DNA of 64,000 nucleotides from a bacterium (GCA_041690355.1 JAWLHK010000017.1:1-64000), one strand, 5' to 3'; shown: positions 10,321 to 20,934, counted from the first letter of the stretch. Made by a program: numbers and translations. Notes: generated by a model not told the origin, from the letters alone.

Positions 10321-11178
10321 ATGCCTTTGAACAAAGCCCTCGTCGGCAAGAAGTATCCCCCGCAGGAGTATGCGGTCACGCTGGAGGCGACCGAGAAGTA
10401 CGCGCGCGCCTACAACGAGAACAACCCGGCTTTCTACGGCGGCGCAGCCATCGCCCCGCCGCAGTTCGGCGTCGTCTACATCTGGATGGCCATGGGCCAG
10501 CCCATGTTCGATGTCGAGCTCCACGGCAGCGAAGAGCAGCAGGGCAAGAACCTGATGCGCCTGCTGCACGGCGAGCAGGACATGCGCTTCGGCGTTCCGG
10601 TGCGTCCGGGCGACAAGATCACGACCACCTCGTTCGTCGAGGGGATTGAAGAGAAGGAATCGGGCGACATTCTGCGCGTCGGGCTTTCGAGCGTGAACCA
10701 GAACGGCGAGAAGGTGCTCGACGCCATCGGCACCATGTTCATCCGCGGCAAGAGCAAGGGGGCCGGCGGCGGCGCCCCGGCGCCCGAGGCCGAGCGCGGC
10801 GCCCCGGACTTCACCTACTCGCAGAAGATCGACCCCGACCAGACGCATCGCTACGCCGAGGCTTCGGGCGATCACAACCCGATTCACACCGACCCGATGA
10901 TGGCCCAGATGGCCGGCCTGCCCGGCATCATCGTGCACGGCCTGTGCACGATGGCCATCGCCAGCAAGGGGGTCATCGACAAGGCCGCCGGCGGCAACCC
11001 CGAGAAGCTCAAGCGCTTCAAGGTCCGCTTCTCTAAGCCGGTGCTCCCCGAAGAGACGATTACCGTCGAGGCGTGGAAGAAGGGGACGCAAGGCGGCATC
11101 ACGACCTATGACTTCGTCGTGAAGAACAATGCCGGCGAAGAGGTCGTCAAGGACGGCGTTGCCGAGATCGCCGACTGA
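10321..11178 (+). CDS. Double hot-dog MaoC-family (R)-enoyl-CoA hydratase/dehydratase
   Basis: LLHGEQDMRF; YAEASGDHNPIHTD; IVHGLCTM; AAGGAG RBS. Confidence 0.9.
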   Translation: MPLNKALVGKKYPPQEYAVTLEATEKYARAYNENNPAFYGGAAIAPPQFGVVYIWMAMGQPMFDVELHGSEEQQGKNLMRLLHGEQDMRFGVPVRPGDKITTTSFVEGIEEKESGDILRVGLSSVNQNGEKVLDAIGTMFIRGKSKGAGGGAPAPEAERGAPDFTYSQKIDPDQTHRYAEASGDHNPIHTDPMMAQMAGLPGIIVHGLCTMAIASKGVIDKAAGGNPEKLKRFKVRFSKPVLPEETITVEAWKKGTQGGITTYDFVVKNNAGEEVVKDGVAEIAD

Positions 11179-11200
11179 TCGGGTACACTGAACGTTTTTC

Positions 11201-11228
11201 CGGGAACGGGCCCCCCGGCCCGTTCCCG
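11201..11228. terminator. Strong hairpin downstream of the MaoC gene
   Basis: CGGGAACGGGCC-cccc-GGCCCGTTCCCG perfect 12-bp stem; no U-tract after it. Confidence 0.4.
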
Positions 11229-11245
11229 CCGTCTCCGGAAGGGGG

Positions 11246-11827
11246 GTGAGGGCCACAGTTTTCCAGGATCTGACCGTCTGCATTCTGAGCGGGGCTCTCC
11301 TCGCCCTTAGCGCTCATCGGCAGCTTCGTGATGCGCCGTCGATCTTCTCGGGTCCCTACTTCCGGGAAACGGTCGCCTTCGCCTTTCTGATTTTTCTGCC
11401 GACGGGTCTCTTTTTCTACGTCCAGTGGCCCGACTGGTCCTGGCTCTACTTTGTGGATCCGGGGGCGGTGCCCGCCTGGCTCGCCGGATTCGTGTTGCTG
11501 ACGTATCCCCTTGCGGTGCTGGCGGGCTTCGTCGTAACAGCGGCTTTTGCCCGCGGCGATTCGCCCCGCATCGCCTGGGCCGTCCCCGCCGGGGCTGCGG
11601 CGGGTCTCGTGATCGTGACGGCGGTGGCCTTCGATCGCTTTCTGCACGCGACCACCTACGAGCGGTATCAGATTGCCCGCGGCGGCCGTTTCGAGTTCCC
11701 CCAGATCTGGGAGAGCACGGTCTGGATCGGGGCCATGCTCGGGGCCGGCATCTTCGTCGGTGTTCCGCTCCTCTACCTGATCGCCCGCAATCTGCGACCG
11801 ACCCCCTCGGCATCCCCGTCCGAATAG
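11246..11827 (+). CDS. Hypothetical integral membrane protein
   Basis: About 5 hydrophobic helices; WPDWSWLY motif. Confidence 0.65.
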   Translation: MRATVFQDLTVCILSGALLALSAHRQLRDAPSIFSGPYFRETVAFAFLIFLPTGLFFYVQWPDWSWLYFVDPGAVPAWLAGFVLLTYPLAVLAGFVVTAAFARGDSPRIAWAVPAGAAAGLVIVTAVAFDRFLHATTYERYQIARGGRFEFPQIWESTVWIGAMLGAGIFVGVPLLYLIARNLRPTPSASPSE

Positions 11828-11881
11828 CCTTTTCGGCGCTCACCCGTTGCACGCGCCGGTGATCCCCGCCATGATGAGATC

Positions 11882-12805
11882 ATGCGTCGGTGGTTGACCG
11901 TTTTCATTGCCGGCACCCTGCTCACCGCGGCCTGCGCGCCGAGGATCGCCGTCGCGCCGGAAACGCGGGCGGGCCAGGAGGCGATTCGCGTCGTGCGCGC
12001 CGGGCATGCGACCGTGTGGGTCGACGTGGCCGGTTTCCGGGTGCTCACCGATCCGCTCTTCGTCGGCTGGCTCTGGTTCTTCCCGCGCAACGAGGCGCTC
12101 GGCCTCGATCCGGCGGCGCTCCCGCCCGTCGACGCGGCCGTCATCAGCCATTCGCACATGGATCATTTCGATCCGTGGAGCCTGGCGCAGATGCCCGCCG
12201 GCGTTCCCGTCTTCTTTCCGCCCGAAAGCGCCCGTTACCACGCGTGGATCGCGCCGCGGCCGGCGGTCGAGTTCGCCTGGTGGCAGACGCGCGAGGTCGT
12301 CAACCGCGGCGGCATCGTGGCGCGCATCACCTCGGTTCCCGCCGCGCACTGGGGCGGTCGGCTCGGCTTCGACGGGGCGTGGAACGACACCTACGGCAGC
12401 TGGATCATCGAGGCAGGGGGGCGCACCGTGTATTTCGCAGGGGATACGGGCTGGGACGAGGCCTTATTCCGCGAAATTGCGCGGCGCTTCCCGCGCATCG
12501 ATCTGGCGCTCATCCCCATCGGTCCGACGGGCGGGCGCGACACCACGCGGTTCAAGCGTTTTCACATCGGCCCGCCCGAGGCCATCCGGCTCGCCGGCCT
12601 GCTGCAGGCGCGCCGCTGGATTCCCATTCACTACGGTGCGTTCCGCCAGGGGCCGCTCCCCGCCGACGAGCCGCTGCACTGGCTGCGCGAGCTGATTGAC
12701 GGCCGCGAAGAGGAGCTGCGCGTGACGCTTCTCGAGCCCGGGCAGGCAGTGGCCATCGACGACACGCGGGTCGCCATGACCGAGCGCGCGAGCGACCGGC
12801 CGTGA
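11882..12805 (+). CDS. MBL-fold metallo-hydrolase (NAPE-PLD/UlaG-like) lipoprotein
   Basis: Lipobox LTAAC; GHAT, TDP, SHSHMDH, YFAGDTG, PIHYG. Confidence 0.88.
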   Translation: MRRWLTVFIAGTLLTAACAPRIAVAPETRAGQEAIRVVRAGHATVWVDVAGFRVLTDPLFVGWLWFFPRNEALGLDPAALPPVDAAVISHSHMDHFDPWSLAQMPAGVPVFFPPESARYHAWIAPRPAVEFAWWQTREVVNRGGIVARITSVPAAHWGGRLGFDGAWNDTYGSWIIEAGGRTVYFAGDTGWDEALFREIARRFPRIDLALIPIGPTGGRDTTRFKRFHIGPPEAIRLAGLLQARRWIPIHYGAFRQGPLPADEPLHWLRELIDGREEELRVTLLEPGQAVAIDDTRVAMTERASDRP

Positions 12806-12922
12806 CCGCCCGGCGCGCCGCGTCCTGATTCCGCCGCCGGATGAAGTTCTGCAAAAGGGCGGCGACTGCCGCGCAAACCGATTGCTGGTGAGCGAGGGGG
12901 GCCGGTTGTTATACTAAGCCCC

Positions 12923-13513
12923 ATGCTGCCTTCGGCCGACCACACCCCTTCACGCCGCGAGTTCCTGCGCAGGAGTTTCGGGGGGAGCCTGTTGCTCGCC
13001 GCCGGCGGCCTGCTCCCCGCCGGGTGCGGCGGCTACCCCAACCGCGAAGGCGAGACGCTGCAGGTGCTCGACGTGAAGTCGGCGCGCATCGTCGACGCCA
13101 TTGCCGACGCCATGATTCTCGAGACTGAGAACGCGCCGCTCCCCCGCCCGAGCCGTCTCGGGATCGCCGCGCGGGTCGACGGCATGCTGGCCGGCATTCA
13201 CCCGGCCATCCAGGATCAGACCGTGCTCCTCTTTCGCGTGTTCGAACACGCCACGCTGCCGTTCGGCCTGCGGGCTTCGCGGTTCACGAAACTGCCGCAT
13301 GCAGAACAGCGTGCGTATCTTCTCGGCTGGGCCGACTCGCGCCTCGAGTTCCGCCGCATGGCCTTTCAGGCCCTGAAGATGTTCGTTTACGCCACCTACT
13401 ACACGTTCGATGAGACCTGGGCGCACGTGGGCTACGACGGCCCGTGGGTGGGCCGCTTCGAGATTCCCCCGTTCGCACCGCCTCTCGACGGAAGCACAGA
13501 TCATGAACGCTGA
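12923..13513 (+). CDS. Gluconate 2-dehydrogenase subunit-3-like Tat lipoprotein
   Basis: SRREFLRR Tat motif, PAGC lipobox, C-terminal VGYDGPW. Confidence 0.75.
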   Translation: MLPSADHTPSRREFLRRSFGGSLLLAAGGLLPAGCGGYPNREGETLQVLDVKSARIVDAIADAMILETENAPLPRPSRLGIAARVDGMLAGIHPAIQDQTVLLFRVFEHATLPFGLRASRFTKLPHAEQRAYLLGWADSRLEFRRMAFQALKMFVYATYYTFDETWAHVGYDGPWVGRFEIPPFAPPLDGSTDHER

Positions 13514-15056
13514 CAGCCCCATGACCCCACCGCAGAGCGCCCCCACCGGCGGCGTCATTGAGACGCAGGCGGTGATCGTGGGCAGCGGCGCGGCGGGGGC
13601 CGTGCTCGCCAAAGAACTGGCCGAAGCGGGGATCGACGTCGTCGTGCTCGAAGCGGGAGCCTGGCATGTGCCCGAGCGCGACTTCAACCAGCGCGAAGAG
13701 ACCATGCTCGGGCGCCTCTTCTACGATCAGGGCGCACGCACGACCACCGACCTCGGCGTTACGATCATGCACGGCCGCGGCGTCGGGGGGAGCACCGTGC
13801 ACAACATCAGCCTCTGCATGGCCCCGGTGGCCGGCATCCTCGATCGCTGGGCCGAAGAGTACGGCCTGATGGGGATGCGCGCGCCCGATCTGGAGCCGGC
13901 GGTGCGGCGCGTCTGGGACCATCTGGGGATCAATCCGATTGCGCCCGAGCACATCAACGCGAACAACCGCATGGTGCAGCAGGGGGCCGAGCGCCTGGGC
14001 TGGCGGGGCTTCATTCCGCACCACAACCGGGTCGACTGCCTGCAGACCGGGTTCTGCATCCTGGGCTGCACGTACAACCGCAAGCAGAGCATGCTCATCA
14101 CCTACGTGCCGCGGGCGCAGCGGGCGGGGGCGCGCATCTACCCGCACGCGCGGGCGGCCCGGGTGCTGGTCGAGGGCGATCGGGCCGTCGGCGTCGAGGT
14201 CGAAGCGCTCGATCCGCAGACCGGCACCGTGCGCAACACGTTCACGGTGCGGGCCAGGAGCGTCATTCTCTCGGCCGGGGCGCTGCTCTCGCCGGCGCTG
14301 CTGCTGAAGAGCGGCCTGGCGAATTCCTCCGGCCTGCTCGGCAAGCGCCTCCATCTGCACCCCAGCGTCGTCGTCGGGGGCATCTTCGACGAACGCATCG
14401 AAGGCTGGCGCGGCGTGCCGCAGACCTACATCGTCGACGAGTTCGCGCACTTCTACCGCAACGGCCACGACGGCTACCTGATCATTCCCGTCTTCGCCCA
14501 CCCGGGTACGGCGGCGGTCATGAGCCCGGCCACGGGCGCCGCCCACGCCTCGGTCATGGCCAGATATCCCTATCTCTCGGCGGCGGCCCCGATGGTGCAC
14601 GACGAGACGCACGGCACCCTCGACGTCCTGCGCGACGGCCGGCTCGAAGTCCGCTACTGGCCCAACGAGGGCGATCAGCGCTGGCTCATCGACGGCATCC
14701 GCCGCACCGCCGAGCTCTACTTCGCCGCCGGCGCCCGGGAGGTCATGCTCCCCTACGGCGAGGGGGTCCTGATCCGCTCGCCGCGCGAGCTCGATGTGGT
14801 CGAACGCCGGGGTATCCGCAAGTACGACGTCGCCGTGGCCAGCGTGCATCCGCAGGGTTCGGCGCCGATGTCGGCCGACCCGAAGCAGGGGATCGTCGAC
14901 GTCCACTGCGAAACGCACGATGTGCGCAATCTCTTTGTCTGCGATGCGAGCGTGTTCCCGACCAGCCTCGGGACGCCGCCGATGGTGCCGACGGCGGCCG
15001 TCGCCGCGCACACCGCGGCCTGGATGGTGGGCGAACGCCGGAGGTTGTTCGAATGA
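13503..15056 (+). CDS. GMC-family flavin oxidoreductase (long-chain alcohol oxidase-like)
   Basis: IVGSGAAG, GRGVGGST, CxxTGFCxxGC, SAGALLSPALL, HPQG, DASVFPT. Confidence 0.9.
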   Translation: MNADSPMTPPQSAPTGGVIETQAVIVGSGAAGAVLAKELAEAGIDVVVLEAGAWHVPERDFNQREETMLGRLFYDQGARTTTDLGVTIMHGRGVGGSTVHNISLCMAPVAGILDRWAEEYGLMGMRAPDLEPAVRRVWDHLGINPIAPEHINANNRMVQQGAERLGWRGFIPHHNRVDCLQTGFCILGCTYNRKQSMLITYVPRAQRAGARIYPHARAARVLVEGDRAVGVEVEALDPQTGTVRNTFTVRARSVILSAGALLSPALLLKSGLANSSGLLGKRLHLHPSVVVGGIFDERIEGWRGVPQTYIVDEFAHFYRNGHDGYLIIPVFAHPGTAAVMSPATGAAHASVMARYPYLSAAAPMVHDETHGTLDVLRDGRLEVRYWPNEGDQRWLIDGIRRTAELYFAAGAREVMLPYGEGVLIRSPRELDVVERRGIRKYDVAVASVHPQGSAPMSADPKQGIVDVHCETHDVRNLFVCDASVFPTSLGTPPMVPTAAVAAHTAAWMVGERRRLFE

Positions 15057-16282
15057 GCGGAACGGAAAAGAAGCTCACGCGCCGGCGCCTGCTGGCCTAC
15101 GGGGGCGCGGGGCTCGCGACCGTGGCCGCGTCGGGGGCCGGGGGCGCCTTCTACGTGCAGTCGCGTGTGAACAGCATCGTCCGGTTCGAGCCGGCCCGCG
15201 TGCGCGCGCAGTACCGCGAGATGCCGCATCCCCTCCTCGATCGCTTTCCGGGGCTGCGGGGCAAACTTCCCTGGATGCCGCTGGGAACGTTTCCGACGCC
15301 GGTGGAACTGCTGGTGACGAGCCCCGGGGATGGAAAGAAGCAGACTCGGCTCTACGCGAAGCGCGACGATCTGAGTTCGCCCCTCTACGGGGGAAACAAG
15401 GTGCGCAAGCTCGAGCACGTGCTCGCCGAGGCGCAGCTGCTCGGTGCCCGTTCGCTGCTCACGGTGGGCGGGCTCGGCTCGAATCAATGCCTGGCCACGG
15501 CCATTCACGGCGCCCGGCTGGGGATGAAGACCGACCTGTGCCTCTTCGATCAGCCGATCACCGAGCACGTGCGACAGAATCTGCTGGGCGACGCGGCCGC
15601 GGGCGCGAGATTCGTCTACGCGGGGAGCTACGTGGGCACGGCCGTGGCGGGCATCCGGCGCTACCTTGCGCGCCGCGGCGAAGACGTCAGACCCTATTAC
15701 ATCCCCCCCGGCGCGACCAGTCCGCTGGGCGACATCGGCTACGTCTCGGCAGCCTTCGAGCTGGCCGAGCAGGTGCGCTCGGGGGCGCTCTCCGAGCCCG
15801 ACACCCTCTTTGTCCCGGCCGGCAGCTGCGGTACGGCGGCCGGCCTGATCCTGGGGCTCAAACTGGCGGGTCTGCGCACGCGCGTGATGGCCGTGCGGGT
15901 CAGCGAGCCGATCGTGGTGCACGCTCCGCGCATCCGCTCGCTTGCGCTGCAGACGCTCGAGGCGCTCCGGGACCTCGATCCCGCCGTGCCCGCCGTCGAG
16001 ATTTCAACCGACGACTTCACGGTCGTGACCGAATATCTGGGCGACGGCTACGGGGCGCCGACCGAGGCCGCGCGCGACGCAGTGACGTGGGCCGCACCGC
16101 TGTTTCCGCAGGAAACCACGTATACCGGCAAGACGCTGGCGGCCTGCCTCGATCATGTGCGCGGCAAAACGGCGCGGGGCACGACGGTGCTGTTCTGGAA
16201 TACGCTCAACTCTGCGCCGGTCGCCACGGCGAGCCCGGCCGCGCTGCCGCCGGAGCTCCGCTTCGTGTTCGCTCCAGGCTGA
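15053..16282 (+). CDS. D-cysteine desulfhydrase/ACC-deaminase-family PLP enzyme with Tat-like N-terminus
   Basis: AKRDD...GGNKVRKLE, GSNQ, PPGAT, GSCGTAAG, TYTGKT; N-terminal TRRRLL plus hydrophobic stretch. Confidence 0.85.
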   Translation: MSGTEKKLTRRRLLAYGGAGLATVAASGAGGAFYVQSRVNSIVRFEPARVRAQYREMPHPLLDRFPGLRGKLPWMPLGTFPTPVELLVTSPGDGKKQTRLYAKRDDLSSPLYGGNKVRKLEHVLAEAQLLGARSLLTVGGLGSNQCLATAIHGARLGMKTDLCLFDQPITEHVRQNLLGDAAAGARFVYAGSYVGTAVAGIRRYLARRGEDVRPYYIPPGATSPLGDIGYVSAAFELAEQVRSGALSEPDTLFVPAGSCGTAAGLILGLKLAGLRTRVMAVRVSEPIVVHAPRIRSLALQTLEALRDLDPAVPAVEISTDDFTVVTEYLGDGYGAPTEAARDAVTWAAPLFPQETTYTGKTLAACLDHVRGKTARGTTVLFWNTLNSAPVATASPAALPPELRFVFAPG

Positions 16283-16324
16283 CCCGCGCGCCGCCCCGGT
16301 TCCCGGACGGCCTCTCCGACGGCC

Positions 16325-16456
16325 TCAGTGACCGACGAAGGCTTCGAGTACCGCTCCGACCACGGCCAGCGCCCAGCAGGCAGCCGCGGTCAGGATGACG
16401 ACTTTGGGAAAGTGGGAGGGCTTGACGGTCAGGTGCTCGGCGTTCTGTTCACTCAT
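16325..16456 (-). CDS. Small (43 aa) single-TM protein, absent from the ORF track
   Basis: MSEQNAEHLTVKPSHFPKVVILTAAACWALAVVGAVLEAFVGH; ATG overlaps the OsmC stop (ATGAGTGA); GC3-biased codons. Confidence 0.6.
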   Translation of the reverse strand: MSEQNAEHLTVKPSHFPKVVILTAAACWALAVVGAVLEAFVGH

Positions 16457-16868
16457 GGATCTGCTCTTCGAGACGGGTAATCAGCTGCGGCGCACCCGAG
16501 AGGATACGATGCACCGGGCACTTTTCGGCGATGTCGATCAGCCGCTTCTTCTGCTCGGCGTCGAGGGGGCCGTACAGTTCCACGGTCCGCTCGATGCGAT
16601 CGGGATTTCCGGGGGTGCGCCGGGTGAGCGTCAGGTTGACCGCGATTTTTTCGAGCGGCCACTCCTTGCGCTGGGCGTACATGCTGACGGTCATGGCCGT
16701 GCAGCTGCCGTAGGCGGCCAGCAGCGCCTCTTCGGGCGACGGGGCTTCATCCTGGCCGCCGATCCCCGGCAGCACGTCGTGCAGGACTTCGTGCGGCCCC
16801 ACCGTGGCCCGCGTGGTCCAGTGCGAAGCTGCGTCCAGTTCGACGCGTGCGGAACGATCGGTTGCCAT
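16449..16868 (-). CDS. OsmC/YhfA-family protein
   Basis: GGQDEAPSPEEALLAAYGSCTAMT...AEKCPVHRIL. Confidence 0.9.
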   Translation of the reverse strand: MATDRSARVELDAASHWTTRATVGPHEVLHDVLPGIGGQDEAPSPEEALLAAYGSCTAMTVSMYAQRKEWPLEKIAVNLTLTRRTPGNPDRIERTVELYGPLDAEQKKRLIDIAEKCPVHRILSGAPQLITRLEEQIHE

Positions 16869-17021
16869 CGCAACATTGTACCTTGGGCGGCCGGCGGCGT
16901 CACGTGGAACCAGGTGTGGGGTGGCATACCGTTACGTGCCTGAGTATACTTAAGTTTTTTCCTGCGGAACCCTTTCCGGGCCGCGGGCCGAAACCGGTTT
17001 CCACTCAGGGGTTGGTTCCTC

Positions 17022-18986
17022 ATGCTCGACATCATGCGCCGCTTTCGTTCCAGTGCCACCGCGATGTTCATCGTCTGGGCTCTGGCAGCGAGTTTCGTCA
17101 TCGGATTCATCGTTCTACCGAGCGTCACCTCGGATCCCACGCAGAACGCCACCGTCGTCGCCCGGATTGACGACGAGCCGGTCTATGCCCGTGAGCTCGA
17201 CGAGGCCGTCAACAACATGATCGAACGCTATCGCCGCCAGATGGGGGCGCAGTTCGACGAGAAGATGCTCGAGCAGCTGCCGATGCGGCAGATCGCCCTG
17301 CAGAACATCGTCAATCGCCGCGTCATGCTCAAGGAAGCCGATCGGGCGGGCCTGCGCGTGAGCGATCAGGCGCTGCGCGACTACATCGCGTCGCAGACGG
17401 TTTTCCAGACGAACGGCCAGTTCGACCCGCGCGCCTATGAACAGGCCATCCGCGGTGCCGGTCAGGGCCTGACCCCGGCGAAGTACGAGAAGGAACTGCG
17501 CGACTCGATGACGCTCGAGCGGCTGCAGACCATGATGGACCGTTCCATTCTCGTGACGGAGGATCAGCTCAAGGAGATCTACATCGCCGAGTCTGAGAAG
17601 GTCAATTTGGCCTACGTGGCCGTCAAGGCCGCCGACGTGCGTGACGACGTGCGCCTGAGCGAACAGGATATCACCGCCTACTACGAGGCGAACGCCGACC
17701 AGTGGTCGCTCCCCGAGCAGCGCCAGTTTCGCTTCGTCGAGATTTCGGCCCTGACCCTGGCGCCCCGGCAGAAGGTTACCGAAGAAGAAGCCAAGGCGGA
17801 GTATGAGAAGCGCAAGGCCGAGTTCAGCCAGGATGGCGAGGTGCGCGCGAGCCACATCCTCTTCAAAGTGACCGGCGACGACGCCGAGTGGGAAGCCGCC
17901 CGCGTCAAGGCCGCGGAGGCCGCCGCGAAGGCCCGGGCCGGCGCCGATTTCGCCGACCTGGCCCGTAGCCTTTCCGACGACGGTTCGGCTGCGAACGGCG
18001 GCGACCTCGGCTTCTTCGGCCGCGATCGCATGGTGAAGCCCTTCGAAGAAGCCGCCTTCGCGACCCCCAAGGGTGAGATTACCGACCCGGTGCGCACGAC
18101 GTACGGCTGGCATGTCATCAAGGTGACCGATCGCCGCGAGCCCGGCGCCCAGCCGTTTGCCGAAGTGCGCGGCAAACTCGAGCGCGAACTGCGCACCCGC
18201 AAGGCGCAGGAAGAGGCCAAGAAGGTCGAAGCCGAAGTCGCGCAGCTGGTTTCCGAGGGCGCGAACGTCGAATCGATCGCGGCCAAGATCGGCCTCCCGG
18301 CGCAGACGACGCCGTTCGTGTCGGCAGACGGCACCTTCCCGGGCGTCCTGAACGGCAAGCCCCTGCTCGAGGCGGGCTTCCAGCTCGACAAGGGCAAGAC
18401 CTCGGCGCTCATCGACGCCACCGTGTCCAAGGCGGTCATCGAAACCGTGGCGGTGCAGGCGCCGCGTCAGCGCACGCTGAACGAGGTGCGCAGCCAGGTG
18501 GTCGAGGCCCTGCGCGGCGAGCGCGCCGTGGCCGTGGCCGCGAGCCGCGCCGCCGAAATTCTCGAAGCCGCCCGCAAGGCCGGGTCGCTGGAGAAGGCCG
18601 CCCGCGGCTTCAAGGTGCAGGAGACCGGCCTCTTCAGCCAGCGCGAACCCGAAGCGCCGGGTATCGGCAAGGAGCGCGATCTGCTCGCGGTCGCCTTCCA
18701 GCTGAACGCGAAGAACCGTTTTCCCGACCGCATCTTCCAGGTCGGCGACGCCTATTACGTGATTTCGGCGAAGGAGCGCGTGCACACCGACCTCTCGGGC
18801 TTCGAAGGCGCGCGCGAAACGTTGCGCGAGGCGCTGCTCGAGCAGAAGCGCGAAAAGGTCTTCAGCGACTGGATGCAGGCCGCCCGCAACCGCGTCAAGG
18901 TCTGGATGGCCCCCGAAGCCGCGCCGCAGGCGGGCATCGCCCCGGGCGTGCCCGGCGGGATCGTTCCGCAGGGCCAGGGGGGCTGA
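17022..18986 (+). CDS. ppiD: Periplasmic chaperone/peptidyl-prolyl isomerase PpiD
   Basis: N-terminal TM, SurA-N region, parvulin domain VRASHIL...[11 protein letters not shown]...GGDLG...VKPFEEAAF...YGWHVIKV. Confidence 0.88.
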   Translation: MLDIMRRFRSSATAMFIVWALAASFVIGFIVLPSVTSDPTQNATVVARIDDEPVYARELDEAVNNMIERYRRQMGAQFDEKMLEQLPMRQIALQNIVNRRVMLKEADRAGLRVSDQALRDYIASQTVFQTNGQFDPRAYEQAIRGAGQGLTPAKYEKELRDSMTLERLQTMMDRSILVTEDQLKEIYIAESEKVNLAYVAVKAADVRDDVRLSEQDITAYYEANADQWSLPEQRQFRFVEISALTLAPRQKVTEEEAKAEYEKRKAEFSQDGEVRASHILFKVTGDDAEWEAARVKAAEAAAKARAGADFADLARSLSDDGSAANGGDLGFFGRDRMVKPFEEAAFATPKGEITDPVRTTYGWHVIKVTDRREPGAQPFAEVRGKLERELRTRKAQEEAKKVEAEVAQLVSEGANVESIAAKIGLPAQTTPFVSADGTFPGVLNGKPLLEAGFQLDKGKTSALIDATVSKAVIETVAVQAPRQRTLNEVRSQVVEALRGERAVAVAASRAAEILEAARKAGSLEKAARGFKVQETGLFSQREPEAPGIGKERDLLAVAFQLNAKNRFPDRIFQVGDAYYVISAKERVHTDLSGFEGARETLREALLEQKREKVFSDWMQAARNRVKVWMAPEAAPQAGIAPGVPGGIVPQGQGG

Positions 18987-19012
18987 TCGCCGTCTTCCCG
19001 GGATTTTTTCCG

Positions 19013-19049
19013 AAAAAACCGCCGCGGCGTCAAGCCCGGCGGTTTTTTT
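19013..19049 (+). terminator. Intrinsic (bidirectional-type) terminator
   Basis: AAAAAACCGCCG...CGGCGGTTTTTTT. Confidence 0.75.
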
Positions 19050-19146
19050 CGTTCGGCCCGCGGGCACAGTCTTGTCGCCCGCCCCCTCCGGCCTCAGAAT
19101 GGACCCATGGACCGCACCACGCCGGTGCGCAGGAGGAGGGTCGATC

Positions 19147-19749
19147 ATGGCGGGTCAGCAGGAAGGGGAATTTCTTTCGGACGTGCAGGATATCCGCAGG
19201 CGGGCGCGCGAGCACATGGAGCGCGGCGCGGTCACGCCGGGTTACGGCTCCGATGTCGAGACGGTCGTGAAACTGCTCAACGAAGCGCTCGCCACCGAAC
19301 TCGTCTGCACGCTTCGCTACCTGCGTCATTACCACACGGCGAGCGGCATTCACTCCAATGCGGTGCGCGCCGAATTTCTCGAACACGCCCGGCAGGAACA
19401 GCAGCACGCCGAGCAGATCGCCGAGCGCATCGTGCAGTTGAACGGCGAACCCGATTTCAACCCCGATATTCTGAGCCGGCGCAGCCATGCCGAATATGTC
19501 GAAGGGACGGATATTCTCGACATGCTGCGCGAGAATCTGGTGGCCGAGCGCGTGGCCATCGAGTCCTACGGCGAAATCATCCGCTACGTGGGGACCGGTG
19601 ATCCGACCACGCGCCGCCTGATGGAGGAGATTCTCGCGACCGAGGAGGAGCACGCCGAAGACCTCATGACCCTGCTCGAAACCTATTTCGGGGGCACGCC
19701 CGAACACGAGGCGGGGGCGGTGCGCGGCGGCGACGGCGGCGCCGAATAA
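19147..19749 (+). CDS. Bacterioferritin-like/ferritin-fold protein
   Basis: LNEALATE, EQQHAE, ENLVAE, GDPTTRRLMEEILATEEEH diiron ligands; AGGAGGAGG RBS. Confidence 0.85.
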   Translation: MAGQQEGEFLSDVQDIRRRAREHMERGAVTPGYGSDVETVVKLLNEALATELVCTLRYLRHYHTASGIHSNAVRAEFLEHARQEQQHAEQIAERIVQLNGEPDFNPDILSRRSHAEYVEGTDILDMLRENLVAERVAIESYGEIIRYVGTGDPTTRRLMEEILATEEEHAEDLMTLLETYFGGTPEHEAGAVRGGDGGAE

Positions 19750-19809
19750 CCGCTGTGCCTGCGCGCGGCCCGCGGGTGCCCGGCGCAACCGGTTCCGCCT
19801 TGCCCGTGC

Positions 19810-20904
19810 TCAGGGCGCCGCCGCTTTGCGCCTCGGCGGCGCGTGGAGCGGAAGCATGAGGAGGGCCAGCAGGGCGCCGTTCAGGAGAAAGGCCCAGGCG
19901 ATGGAGAAGTGATCGGCGAGCAGCCCGGCGAGAGCCGCGCCGAGAGCGATGCCGCTGTCAAAGGCCGAGGTCGACATGGTGGTCGCCGCGCTGCGCTGAT
20001 CCGCGGGGGCCGATTCGAGCGCCAGGGCCATCAGGGTCGGATGGCTCATGCCGACGCCGACCCCGAAGAAGGCGGCCGCCACGAGAAACCAGGAGAGCGA
20101 CTGCGCGCGAGCGAGAATTCCCAGGGCAATCAGGGTGGCCGCCGACCCGGCCGCATTCCATCGGGCGCGCGTCCCCCGATCGAGCAGGCGGCGCGTCAGC
20201 AGGCGGGTGGCGATGATCCAGACGGCATAGAAGGAGAAGAAGGTCCAGCCGTGCGCGACACCGCGGCGTTCCATGGCGACCGGCACGAAGACGACGACTG
20301 CGCCGTAGCCGAGCGCGAAGCCGAGCAGGGCGAGGCTGGGGCGCCAGGCCGCCGGCGTCCAGAAGCCGCTCCCTTTCGCGGGCGCCGCCGACGGCCCCGG
20401 CGGAACGGCGAGAACGCCGGCCGCGCAGAGTCCGGCGCCGAGCGCGTACAGACCGTACTCGCCGGCCGTCTCGCGCAGCAGCGACCCGGCCGCGGGGGCC
20501 ATCGACATGGCGACGTTCGCGCTGAGACCGAAGAGGCTGATGTACTCGGCCCGTCGCGCGGGCCCCCCCAGCTGCTCGAGGTAGAGAAAGGCGGCCGTGC
20601 TGAAGGCCGCCAGACCTGCCCCCTGCACCAGCCGGCCGGCGATCGAGGAGTAAAGGGACGGCGGGATGTAGGCGGCGAAACCGAGCCCGACGAGCAGCAC
20701 GCCCATGCTGAGCATGCGGCGTGGAGAGACCCGCCCGAGCAGCCGGGCGGCGGGCCCGCGCAGCAGCACCGCTGCGGCCGTGAACGAGCCCATGACGATA
20801 CCGACTTCGAGCGGGCTGGCTCCCCGCCCGTGCAGAATGACCGGCAGCGTGGGGAGCAGGATGTACCCGGCGGCGAAGAAAACGAAGGCGACGAAAAAAA
20901 ACAT
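19810..20904 (-). CDS. MFS transporter
   Basis: Multiple TM helices, GRLVQGAG motif. Confidence 0.85.
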   Translation of the reverse strand: MFFFVAFVFFAAGYILLPTLPVILHGRGASPLEVGIVMGSFTAAAVLLRGPAARLLGRVSPRRMLSMGVLLVGLGFAAYIPPSLYSSIAGRLVQGAGLAAFSTAAFLYLEQLGGPARRAEYISLFGLSANVAMSMAPAAGSLLRETAGEYGLYALGAGLCAAGVLAVPPGPSAAPAKGSGFWTPAAWRPSLALLGFALGYGAVVVFVPVAMERRGVAHGWTFFSFYAVWIIATRLLTRRLLDRGTRARWNAAGSAATLIALGILARAQSLSWFLVAAAFFGVGVGMSHPTLMALALESAPADQRSAATTMSTSAFDSGIALGAALAGLLADHFSIAWAFLLNGALLALLMLPLHAPPRRKAAAP

Positions 20905-20934
20905 GAGAATCTCTACATCTTAACGGCTTCCTTA

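Noticed and set aside
19147-19749. Encapsulin cargo ferritin
   Set aside because: No LxVGSL-type targeting peptide and no encapsulin gene nearby
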